From: Desulfobulbus propionicus DSM 2032
Lineage (GTDB): Bacteria; Desulfobacterota; Desulfobulbia; Desulfobulbales; Desulfobulbaceae
Reading direction: 5' to 3'
Assembly: GCF_000186885.1 (NCBI RefSeq)
Contig: NC_014972.1
Span: 360,001-392,000 of the forward strand
Length of the DNA stretch: 32,000 nucleotides
Position numbers and translations under genes: made by a program. The notes below the pieces were generated by a model. It ran no database searches. It was given only the letters and a program-made list of their open reading frames with translations, and was not told the origin of the DNA. Below are positions 23,828 through 32,000 of this stretch, piece after piece (within the stretch, counting starts at the first letter, position 1; each line of letters starts with the position of its first letter).

Positions 23828-23836
23828 TCGAAAAAT

Positions 23837-23854
23837 AATCCGGTGTGCCGGATT
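23837..23854 (+). other. Intercistronic hairpin between glnD and glnA
   Basis: AATCCGG-tgtg-CCGGATT is a 7-bp stem with a tetraloop. It lies 10 nt after the glnD stop and is followed by gcttaatc rather than a clean U tract. It could be a partial terminator or an RNA-stability element. Confidence 0.35.
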
Positions 23855-23887
23855 GCTTAATCAACCATCCAGGATAGGAGATGAGTT

Positions 23888-25216
23888 ATGACACGCGATG
23901 AAATAATGAAGATTATCAAAGAGAAGAATGTCAATTTCTTCCGCCTCCAGTTCGTCGATATTTTCGGCGCGATGAAGAACATCGCCATGCCGCTCAGCCA
24001 GATCGAGAAGGCGCTTGACGGCAAGATCATGTTCGACGGTTCGTCCATCGAGGGATTTGTTCGCATCAACGAATCGGACATGTACCTCAAGCCGGACTAT
24101 GACACCTTTGTCCTGTTGCCCTGGCGCGAAAAAGACGGCAGCAATGCCGCCCGGGTCATCTGCGATGTCTACAAGCCGGACGGCACCCCGTTCATCGGCT
24201 GTCCGCGCAACAACCTCAAGCGGGTGCTCGCCGAGGCCAAGGCCATGGGCTACACGATGAACGTCGGCACCGAGTGCGAATTCTTCCTCTTCCGCCGCGA
24301 CGAGGAGGGCCTGGCCACCACCATCACCGATGACGTGACCGGCTATTTCGACGTGGAGCCCGACGACGCCGGCATCGACTGCCGCCGCAAGATCATCCAG
24401 ACCCTGGAAGCCATGGGCTTTGAGATCGAGGCCTCCCATCATGAGGTGGCCGAGGGCCAGCACGAGATCAACTTCAAGTATGCCGATGCCCTGACCGCCG
24501 CCGACAACACCGTGACCTTCAAGTGGGTGGTGCGCTCGATTGCCGCCGAGTTCGGCCTGCACGCCACCTTCATGCCCAAGCCGGTGTTCGGGATCAACGG
24601 TTCCGGCATGCACACCAACCAGTCGCTGTTCAACCTGGACGGCACCAACGCTTTCTTTGACGAGAAAGGACCGTTGCAGCTGAGCGAGGTGGCCTACAAG
24701 TACATCGCCGGCATCATGAAGAACGCCAAGGGGTTCTGCGCGGTGACCAACCCGCTGGTCAACTCCTATAAACGCCTGGTCGCTGGCTACGAGGCCCCGG
24801 TGTACGTGGCCTGGTCTGCCTCCAACCGTTCGGCCCTGGTCCGTATCCCGGCCTCACGGGGCATGGGCACCCGCACCGAGGTTCGTTGCCCCGATCCCAC
24901 CTGCAACCCGTACCTGGCTTTTGCCATGATGCTGAACTCGGGCCTGGACGGCATCAAGAACAACCTGCCGGTCCCGGATGCGGTCAATGCCGACATTTTT
25001 GAGATGACCGCCGGCGAGAAAAAGGAGGCCGGCATCGCCAGCCTGCCGGCCAACCTGTACGAAGCCATCCAGGAACTGAAGGCCAACCCGATCGCCAAGG
25101 ATGCCCTGGGACCGCACATCTTCGAGAAATATATCGAAGGCAAGGAAAAGGAATGGGATGCCTTCCGCACCGCGGTGACCGATTGGGAACTGGACAATTA
25201 TTTGAGCAGATATTGA
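23888..25216 (+). CDS. glnA: Glutamine synthetase type I (GSI-alpha, Bacillus-like short form)
   Basis: The 442-aa product has SD TAGGAG 7 nt upstream. The N-terminus is [11 protein letters not shown] and the C-terminus ([15 protein letters not shown]...[21 protein letters not shown]) is colinear with Bacillus-type GlnA. Confidence 0.93.
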   Translation: MTRDEIMKIIKEKNVNFFRLQFVDIFGAMKNIAMPLSQIEKALDGKIMFDGSSIEGFVRINESDMYLKPDYDTFVLLPWREKDGSNAARVICDVYKPDGTPFIGCPRNNLKRVLAEAKAMGYTMNVGTECEFFLFRRDEEGLATTITDDVTGYFDVEPDDAGIDCRRKIIQTLEAMGFEIEASHHEVAEGQHEINFKYADALTAADNTVTFKWVVRSIAAEFGLHATFMPKPVFGINGSGMHTNQSLFNLDGTNAFFDEKGPLQLSEVAYKYIAGIMKNAKGFCAVTNPLVNSYKRLVAGYEAPVYVAWSASNRSALVRIPASRGMGTRTEVRCPDPTCNPYLAFAMMLNSGLDGIKNNLPVPDAVNADIFEMTAGEKKEAGIASLPANLYEAIQELKANPIAKDALGPHIFEKYIEGKEKEWDAFRTAVTDWELDNYLSRY

Positions 25217-25243
25217 TCGAATAGATCAGCCTACGGTCCCTTC

Positions 25244-25276
25244 AAGGGGGCATTCCTTCGGGGGTGCCCCCTTTTT
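25244..25276 (+). terminator. Rho-independent terminator of glnA
   Basis: AAGGGGGCA (25244-25252) pairs with TGCCCCCTT (25265-25273), with a T run through 25276. It starts 28 nt after the stop. Confidence 0.8.
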
Positions 25277-25508
25277 CGTGCCCTTGGCAGGGAACGCCGG
25301 CAGCGACCGGGCCATGGTGGGCTTGGGGTGCGGCGCGTGTTTCTTGTCCGCGCGGGTAGCTTTCGGCGGGCGGTTCGCGTATAATGCCGCCACGTCTCCG
25401 ATGGGACGCGGCAGCAGACCCGCATGGTGCGGTTCGGGGAGAGCGAGGCGCAACACCCGGGGGAACCGCCATGCCGGAGGAGTGCTGCTCCAACCTCATG
25501 GCACCTGA

Positions 25509-26462
25509 ATGAACAGCAGCAACAGCGTTGACATCAACGGCAATAAGATCCGCCTGATCAGGGAGCAGAAGGGCTTGACCCAACTGTATCTCGCCACCGT
25601 GGTCGGCGTGACCACCGACACCATCTCCCGCTGGGAGAACCGTCGCTACCCCAGCATCAAGCTGGAGAACGCGAAAAAGCTGGCCGAGGCCCTGGAAGTG
25701 TCCCTGGAGGAACTGCTGGAGATGGAGGCTGATCGCGAGCCGGACGCGGAAATCGGCGGCGAGGAAGCAGCTGCCGACAAGGCGGTTTCCTCCCTTGCCG
25801 GACGAATTGGGGTGCCATGGCCGCGTGGCCGGTGGTGGATTCTTGCCGGGGCGGGCGTGCTGATCGTCGCTGCCCTGGCCTGGGCCGTGATCGTCACGAA
25901 TCGGTCCGGGATGGAGGCGGTGCGGATCATGCCCGCGCATACGGCGCCCAACCTGTCCTTTCCGGTGCTGATACGGATCACCGGTGCGCTGGATGCCGGC
26001 AACACCCTGCTCATCCGCGACGAGTTGTTGGGCGAGGGGCAGGCCATCGGCGCGGAAGGCGAGGGCTCGCCCAAGGAGTTCGGAAAAAATCCTCGGTGGA
26101 TCGGCAAGCTGGCCGGCGGCGAGGCGGCTTTTCTCTACCTGGTGAAGCCCGACAAGAAACTCCGCCCCGATGAGGAGATCGAGTTCGCTGGCGACCTCAT
26201 CACCCGGGAAGGGCAGAGTTTTGGCGAAAAGATCGGCGGCGAACGGCGGATCACCATTGCTCCCTATCACTGGGCCGACCGGGACAAGGATTACGTCATC
26301 AGTGACAGCGAAATTCTCAGAGCTCATGAAACCTATTCCCTGCCGGGAAGCAATTTGATCGATTTCAACGAGATCGAGGAGCTGTGGCTCGCCGGCAAGT
26401 ACGACTGGAACAAAAAAACGCAGACCTTTGTCCCGGTTGCCCCGACTGAAGGCAAGCAATGA
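25509..26462 (+). CDS. Membrane-anchored XRE-family (Cro/CI-type HTH) regulator with extracytoplasmic C-terminal domain
   Basis: The HTH region is IRLIREQKGLTQLYLATVVGVTTDTISRWENRR, followed by an acidic linker and one TM helix (WWILAGAGVLIVAALAWAVIV). The ~185-aa C-terminal domain contains an EF-hand-like loop, DRDKDYVISDSE. Confidence 0.75.
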   Translation: MNSSNSVDINGNKIRLIREQKGLTQLYLATVVGVTTDTISRWENRRYPSIKLENAKKLAEALEVSLEELLEMEADREPDAEIGGEEAAADKAVSSLAGRIGVPWPRGRWWILAGAGVLIVAALAWAVIVTNRSGMEAVRIMPAHTAPNLSFPVLIRITGALDAGNTLLIRDELLGEGQAIGAEGEGSPKEFGKNPRWIGKLAGGEAAFLYLVKPDKKLRPDEEIEFAGDLITREGQSFGEKIGGERRITIAPYHWADRDKDYVISDSEILRAHETYSLPGSNLIDFNEIEELWLAGKYDWNKKTQTFVPVAPTEGKQ

Positions 26463-26590
26463 GCGCGCTGGGCGTGGTTGTCCGCTGCTATCGAGCGGCT
26501 CCGTCCTGGCCGGTCTCATTGTCGGAACAGAACCGCCCCTGAAGGCGCGGCGCCAAGCGGAGCCCCGCGTTTTCGCGCAAGGAGGAATGG

Positions 26591-27274
26591 ATGTATATTG
26601 GCCAAATCATGCACACCAAGCTGATCACCGTGTCGCCGGAAACCACCCTGGTCGAGGCCCGCGAACTGATCGCCATGCACCAGATCGAGCACCTGCTGGT
26701 GGTCAGCAACCGCGGACGGCTGGTTGGCGTTGTGTCCGATCGCGACCTCAAGCAGAACTGGGCCTCTCCGGCCACCGCCCTCAGCGCCCACGAGCTCCAT
26801 TACCTCCTGGAAAAGGTCGAGGTGGGCATGATCATGGTGAGAACGGTCAAGACCGTCACCCCGGAAACCACCATCGAACGGGCCGCCTCGATCATGCAAG
26901 CCGAGAAGATCGGTTCCCTGCCGGTGATGGTGGGCGACACCCTGGTTGGGATCGTCACCAGCACCGATGTCATGGCCGTGCTGCTCCAGGCCATCGGCAT
27001 GGGCGAGGAGAGCATGCGCCTCGGGGTCCTGGTCGACGACCGGATCGGCCGGCTGGCCGAGGTCACCGCGATTTTTCAGCAACAGGGCATCAACATTCAG
27101 AGCTTCTTCTGCTGGCCGGTCAAGGACTCTCCCGACATCTTCCATCTGGTGATCCGGGTGGCCAAGGCGGAGGGGGACAGGGCGATTGCCGCCCTGGAGG
27201 CCAAGGGGTTTCGGATATTGACCCGTTACGAGCCCGATTTGCAACCCTTCCTGCCACGATCAACAGGCAGGTGA
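26591..27274 (+). CDS. CBS-pair + ACT domain protein (AcuB-like)
   Basis: SD AAGGAGG lies upstream. There are two CBS motifs (IMHTKLITVSPETTL...HLLVV; MVRTVKTVTPETTI...GSLPVM...GIVTSTDV) and then an ACT-like segment, LGVLVDDRIGRLAEVTAIFQQQGINIQS. Confidence 0.8.
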   Translation: MYIGQIMHTKLITVSPETTLVEARELIAMHQIEHLLVVSNRGRLVGVVSDRDLKQNWASPATALSAHELHYLLEKVEVGMIMVRTVKTVTPETTIERAASIMQAEKIGSLPVMVGDTLVGIVTSTDVMAVLLQAIGMGEESMRLGVLVDDRIGRLAEVTAIFQQQGINIQSFFCWPVKDSPDIFHLVIRVAKAEGDRAIAALEAKGFRILTRYEPDLQPFLPRSTGR

Positions 27275-27298
27275 TTGTTGCCGGCATCGTTCCCTGAT

Positions 27299-27329
27299 CG
27301 CGCCGGACGCCCGTTCCGCATCCGGCGCG
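27299..27329. terminator. Shared hairpin in the convergent gap between the CBS-ACT gene and ftsH
   Basis: CGCGCCGGA (27299-27307) pairs with TCCGGCGCG (27321-27329) around a 13-nt loop. It lies 25 nt after the + strand stop and 8 nt after the minus-strand stop. Confidence 0.5.
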
Positions 27330-27336
27330 CGCTTGC

Positions 27337-29154
27337 TTATCGCTGCAACCCTTGGGTCAGTTCGACCAATTCCTTTTCCAGCAGCGTTTCTTTTTCCAGC
27401 AGGATCTTGGCGCAACGTTCCAGTATTTCCCGGTTGTTTTCCATGATTCGATAGGTCACGGCAAAGGTGTCGTCGATGATCTTGCGCACCGAGGCGTCGA
27501 TCTGCTGGGCCGTGCTGTCGCTGATCTGGCAGCCGTTGATCCCTGGCCCGTGCTGCTGGCCGAGAAAAGTCGGCTGATTTTCCTCGTAGACGACAAAGCC
27601 GATGGCCGGATCCATGCCGTAACGGGTGACCATGTTGCGGGCAATGTCCGTGGCCCGGGCGATATCGTCCGAGGCGCCGGTGGACAGGTGGTTGAAAATG
27701 AGCTTCTCCGCCGCCCGCCCGCCGAGGAGCACGGCGATCTTGTGCTCCAGTTCCTCCTTGGTCATGAGGAAGCGATCTTCTGTCGGCCGCTGCAGGGTGT
27801 AGCCCAGGGCGCCGATGCCCCGAGGAATGATGGAAATCTTGTACACCGGATCGCTGCCGGGCAGGGCCAGGGCTGCCAGGGCATGGCCGACCTCGTGGTA
27901 GGCGACGATCTCGCGCTCTCTGGCATTGAGCAACCGATTCTTTTTTTCCAGGCCGGCGACGATACGCTCGATAGCCTGGGTGAAATCTTCCATGCTGACC
28001 TCGGTGGCCTGACGGCGGGTGGCGAGCAGGGCTGCCTCGTTGACCAGGTTGGCCAGATCGGCACCGGAAAAACCGGTGGTCAGGTCGGCCACGTGGCCGG
28101 CATCGACATCGCTGCCCATCTGGATTTTTTTCATGTGCACCTTGAGGATGGCGATGCGCCCCAGTTTGTCGGGTCGGTCGACCAGCACCTGGCGGTCGAA
28201 ACGGCCGGCGCGGAGCAGGGCGGGGTCAAGCACCTCGGGTCGGTTGGTGGCGGCAAGCAGTACCAGGCCGCTGCTCGGATCAAAGCCGTCCAGTTCGACC
28301 AGCAGCTGATTGAGGGTCTGTTCCCGTTCGTCGTTGCCGCCCAGGCCGGCGGCGGAGCGCACCCGCCCCAAGGCGTCGAGTTCATCGATGAATATGATGG
28401 CAGGAGCTGACTTGCGCGCCTGTTCAAACAGGTCGCGCACTCGGGCCGCGCCCACGCCGACGAACATTTCGACAAATTCCGAGCCGCTGATCGAAAAGAA
28501 GGGTACCCCGGCCTCTCCGGCTACCGCCCGCGCCAACAGGGTTTTGCCCGTGCCCGGAGGGCCGACCAGGAGCACGCCCTTGGGCATGCGGGCCCCCAGC
28601 TTGCCGTAATCCTCGGGCGCCTTGAGAAAATCAACGATCTCCTGCAGTTCCGCCTTACTCTCCTCCACCCCGGCCACATCCTCGAAGCTGACTCCGGTCT
28701 GGTGTTCCACGTAGACCTTGGCCTTGGATTTGCCGATGTTCATGAAGCCGCCGCCTATTCCCTGTTTGTCGACGAACTTACGGAAGATCAGCATCCAGAT
28801 GCCGAAGAACACCAGCGCCGGCACGATCCAGGAGAGCAGGGTGGCCAGGAACTTGCTCTCATAGATCTGGGTATAGGGGACATTGTATTTCGACAGGTGC
28901 TCGGCGAGACCCGGTTCGACCCGGTTGGCGACGATGATTTTCTTGCCGTTTGGGTCAGGCTCCTTCAGCTCGCCGACGATGTACTTCTCCCGGATGCTCA
29001 GTTCCGCCACCTTGCCCTGCTGGAGCAGGGTTTCCAGCTCGCTGTAGGGCACGGCGGTGATGCTCTGCTGCTCGACCCAGATTTCGTGGATGATCAGAAT
29101 GCCGAAGGCGGCGAAGATGGCAAAGATCACATTGTATTTGTGTTTGTTCTCCAT
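27337..29154 (-). CDS. ftsH: ATP-dependent zinc metalloprotease FtsH
   Basis: It has Walker A GPPGTGKT, Walker B IIFIDELD, the SRH motif and the zinc motif HEVGHA. Two N-terminal TM helices flank a periplasmic loop. I prefer the ATG at 29154 ([14 protein letters not shown]). Confidence 0.93.
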   Translation of the reverse strand: MENKHKYNVIFAIFAAFGILIIHEIWVEQQSITAVPYSELETLLQQGKVAELSIREKYIVGELKEPDPNGKKIIVANRVEPGLAEHLSKYNVPYTQIYESKFLATLLSWIVPALVFFGIWMLIFRKFVDKQGIGGGFMNIGKSKAKVYVEHQTGVSFEDVAGVEESKAELQEIVDFLKAPEDYGKLGARMPKGVLLVGPPGTGKTLLARAVAGEAGVPFFSISGSEFVEMFVGVGAARVRDLFEQARKSAPAIIFIDELDALGRVRSAAGLGGNDEREQTLNQLLVELDGFDPSSGLVLLAATNRPEVLDPALLRAGRFDRQVLVDRPDKLGRIAILKVHMKKIQMGSDVDAGHVADLTTGFSGADLANLVNEAALLATRRQATEVSMEDFTQAIERIVAGLEKKNRLLNAREREIVAYHEVGHALAALALPGSDPVYKISIIPRGIGALGYTLQRPTEDRFLMTKEELEHKIAVLLGGRAAEKLIFNHLSTGASDDIARATDIARNMVTRYGMDPAIGFVVYEENQPTFLGQQHGPGINGCQISDSTAQQIDASVRKIIDDTFAVTYRIMENNREILERCAKILLEKETLLEKELVELTQGLQR

Positions 29155-29307
29155 GTCTGCACCAGGGAAAGGGTCCAAGGGAAAAACAACGTGTGTTGGG
29201 GGGATAATAATCATGCGGCCGAGGGAGTGCCAGCGGAAATTCCAATCTTCTCGACAGGATAGAATTTCAAACGTTTGCCGGGAGCGGCAGGCCGCCCGCT
29301 TGCCGCC

Positions 29308-29820
29308 TTACTGGAGCTTGGCGGTGATGTGATGCAGGGTTGCCTCCTTGACGATGTCGATGAGCTTTGAATCCTGGGCATAGGCCTCCTCGGTGAAGAC
29401 CTCCTGATACTCGGGCAGGGTGGCGATCAACAGTTGATGGAATCCGTCCGGCCGATCGACATCCAAGGTCCCCGGTTGGACCGGAACCACCGCGGCCACC
29501 TTGACCGAAATCTCGCCATCCAGCCGTTTGAACGCGGTGATAATGGTACAGCGGCCCTTTTTCAGGCGGGATTTCATGCGGTTGAATCGTTCCGAGCGGC
29601 GGGTGTACTCGTGAATCACCGAGGTCAGGGCGCCATCTGGACCAGGAAAATACTGGTTTTTGCCAAACACGTTGGCGAGCACCAGGGTCAATTCATCGGT
29701 TGCGATGGCACCCATTGATTGGTGGGTAAAGGTGAAGACCTCGGAATGTTCGGCAATGATGCCGTTTTGCTGTTCGCCGACGATGTAAATAAAGCGATCC
29801 GACTGCTGCGATTTCACCAC
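29308..29820 (-). CDS. Hypothetical cytoplasmic protein (170 aa), no family recognised
   Basis: GTG start at 29820 with SD GGAGGA about 6 nt upstream. Codon usage is GC-rich like the neighbouring genes. It is co-oriented with ftsH and lies 153 nt upstream of it. Confidence 0.6.
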   Translation of the reverse strand: MVKSQQSDRFIYIVGEQQNGIIAEHSEVFTFTHQSMGAIATDELTLVLANVFGKNQYFPGPDGALTSVIHEYTRRSERFNRMKSRLKKGRCTIITAFKRLDGEISVKVAAVVPVQPGTLDVDRPDGFHQLLIATLPEYQEVFTEEAYAQDSKLIDIVKEATLHHITAKLQ

Positions 29821-30195
29821 AGGTTTCCTCCGGCTGATGGACGATTCGATGAAGAAGGGGGCGCTGCCTGGTTTTCATACCATACCCCTGCCGTGTTCGG
29901 AAAGCGCATAACCGGTCAAGAGGATGCACGTCTTTTTTTTTCACCCCTCCCGATGGCTGTTGCCGGAATGGATCTTGCCGCTGGATTGAGCGGCAGCTGT
30001 GGCCCCTGCTGGTGTCGTCTTGTTAAAAATATCGATAAAGCAAGTTGATGGGTGGTGCCGACATGAACCCGACATGGCCCGGTATCGGGGAACAGGTCAC
30101 CCGATATCCACTGACAGCCACCGGAGGCCAATCTACAGTGCAGGCACAGGATCGGAGATTCGTCGCTGGCCGATCCTTGAGGAGTGTGAACAACG

Positions 30196-30399
30196 ATGAA
30201 CCGAAAAGAACGAGGTGGCCTGTTGGTCTGCCTGACCCTGCTGATCACCGCCCCGCCCCTGGACCACGAGCATTTCTGCACGGTGCTCTCCGTCCACCGG
30301 GGCAAGGTGGTTCTGCAGTGCGACAAGCCCACCGGGATGCACCCCGATGAGCGGGTCAGACTGGGGCCGATCAGAAAGAAGGGACAGGAAGGTCGCTGA
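30196..30399 (+). CDS. Small (67 aa) protein with N-terminal hydrophobic/signal-like segment
   Basis: ATG at 30196 with SD GAGGAG (30179-30184). Third-codon positions are strongly G/C-biased, as in genuine genes here. The N-terminus is MNRKERGGLLVCLTLLITAPPL. No homology was recognised. Confidence 0.45.
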   Translation: MNRKERGGLLVCLTLLITAPPLDHEHFCTVLSVHRGKVVLQCDKPTGMHPDERVRLGPIRKKGQEGR

Positions 30400-30437
30400 C
30401 CGAGGCGACCGTGTCAACGAACGCAAAGGAGAAAAAA

Positions 30438-30770
30438 ATGAACGGCAGGAAAATGCTTGTTGGCGGAATGCTGGTCCTGGCGCTGTTGGGACTGGAAGGA
30501 CATGTGAATCAGGTCGAGGCCCGAAGTCGTGTCTATGTGGGCGCCGATCTGGGGGGGCTGGTGCTGGGCTTTGGCGGTTATCCCCGCTATGTGCACCACC
30601 GGCCTCCTCCGTATGTCTACGGCTATGACCGGTATGTTCCAGTGGGGCCGCCCCCCTATCCGCCGCGCGGCTGGTATCGGTATAACCCGCCTCCGCCGGT
30701 GTATTATCATGATCACCGGCGGCCGCATCATCGGCATCACCATGATCGAGGTTACCGTGGACGATGGTGA
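30438..30770 (+). CDS. Small secreted Pro/Tyr/His/Arg-rich protein with His-rich C-terminal tail
   Basis: ATG at 30438 with SD AAGGAG 6 nt upstream. The signal peptide is MNGRKMLVGGMLVLALLGLEGHVNQVEA. A Gly-rich segment GADLGGLVLGFGG precedes PPPY/YPP repeats and HDHRRPHHRHHHD. Confidence 0.6.
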   Translation: MNGRKMLVGGMLVLALLGLEGHVNQVEARSRVYVGADLGGLVLGFGGYPRYVHHRPPPYVYGYDRYVPVGPPPYPPRGWYRYNPPPPVYYHDHRRPHHRHHHDRGYRGRW

Positions 30771-30796
30771 GGAGCCGCCTCATGCGAGGCGGCTTC
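30771..30796 (+). terminator. GC-rich hairpin immediately after the small-protein gene
   Basis: GGAGCCGCCTC-atgc-GAGGCGGCTTC forms 9 Watson-Crick pairs plus G-U and G-C extensions. It starts 1 nt after the TGA, with no U tract. Confidence 0.5.
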
Positions 30797-30862
30797 GGGA
30801 CAGGTCAGAGAGTTCCGGGGCCGAAAATCCAGGAACGGACGCTGCTGTGGAGAGCGCGTATT

Positions 30863-30887
30863 CCCCCGGCGTCCCGGACGCCGGGGG
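30863..30887 (-). terminator. GC-rich hairpin after ackA
   Basis: CCCCCGGCGTC-ccg-GACGCCGGGGG is an 11-bp perfect stem. It lies 21 nt downstream of the ackA stop (30909) on the minus strand, with no U tract. Confidence 0.55.
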
Positions 30888-30908
30888 CCTGACAGCGTCG
30901 ATCCGTGC

Positions 30909-32000
<1,092 letters not shown>

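Noticed and set aside
23861-24613. 250-aa minus-strand ORF over the 5' half of glnA
   Set aside because: It is antisense to glutamine synthetase. The translation is Gly/Ala/His-rich low-complexity sequence.
25052-25060. NLY tripeptide in GlnA as an adenylylation site
   Set aside because: It aligns with the LPATLAEAL region of Bacillus-type GSI-alpha, not with the NLYDLP adenylylation loop of GSI-beta. The resemblance is coincidental.
25277-25508. c-di-GMP (GEMM) or other riboswitch in the leader of the XRE gene; also the 76-aa ORF 25278..25508 ending TGA-ATG
   Set aside because: GGGACGC is present, but the GGCAAACC/ACGCAAAGC GEMM-I core is not. The ORF translates to Arg/Gly-rich junk. This is worth only a routine Rfam scan.
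25242-26519. 425-aa minus-strand ORF
   Set aside because: It is antisense to the XRE-HTH gene, whose HTH and TM features are convincing. It runs through the glnA terminator region and has no recognisable domain.
26428-27297. 289-aa + strand ORF overlapping the CBS-ACT gene in another frame
   Set aside because: The translation is Arg/Gly/Pro/His-rich junk. The CBS-ACT frame has a strong SD and clear domain motifs.
27352-28410. 352-aa + strand ORF
   Set aside because: It is antisense to ftsH, which has Walker A/B and HEVGH motifs.
29905-29941. T9 run (29932-29941) as a + strand intrinsic terminator or small-RNA end
   Set aside because: The only adjacent stem (GCGCAT/ATGCAC) has a mismatch and is separated from the T run. 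No + strand transcription unit lies upstream. It is more likely an A-tract/UP-like element of the minus-strand promoter for the 29820 gene.

Overview
This 32-kb chromosomal segment has a sharp compositional split. I recognised no rRNA, tRNA, CRISPR array, transposase or integrase.

**Bases 1-5.5 kb** are strongly AT-rich; hand counts on sample 60-nt lines give about 18-33% G+C. They carry a + strand glycan-assembly cassette:
- a Wzx-like flippase split by a 1-nt frameshift
- a GT4 glycosyltransferase
- a CapK/PaaK-like adenylate-forming enzyme
- a membrane-anchored GT2
- a convergent secreted ConA-fold, polysaccharide-lyase-like protein

G+C then rises to about 43-55% in 5.6-6.5 kb and to about 52-58% on sampled lines further on.

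**Bases 5.6-11.8 kb** are entirely minus strand and look like a surface/matrix block:
- a secreted PKD plus CBM-like protein
- a 903-aa secreted mosaic protein (4 Cys-pair FN3-like modules, 3 PKD domains, 3 H-type-lectin-like repeats) behind a near-consensus sigma-54 promoter
- an orphan membrane-anchored MshEN-domain protein with both c-di-GMP-binding motifs intact
- a DUF1566/PEP-CTERM protein
- ComEA

**The remainder** is mostly housekeeping:
- a two-domain APS kinase whose ATP-sulfurylase-like half has degenerate catalytic motifs
- a VanZ-like/CBM-like membrane protein
- an overlapping PPTase-MutM pair
- CvpA
- a phosphomannomutase
- a PilZ protein
- a tight amtB-glnK-glnD-glnA cluster
- a membrane-anchored XRE regulator
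- a CBS-ACT protein
- FtsH
- an unknown 170-aa protein
- two small secreted proteins, one Pro/Tyr/His-rich
- a 5'-truncated acetate kinase

Gene content suggests a deltaproteobacterium-like (Desulfuromonadales/Desulfobulbales-type) genome, but this is only an impression. Many long ORFs antisense to GC-rich genes are rejected as artefacts. The most interesting candidate is the MshEN-TM-periplasmic-domain protein together with the sigma-54-driven lectin-type protein next to it.
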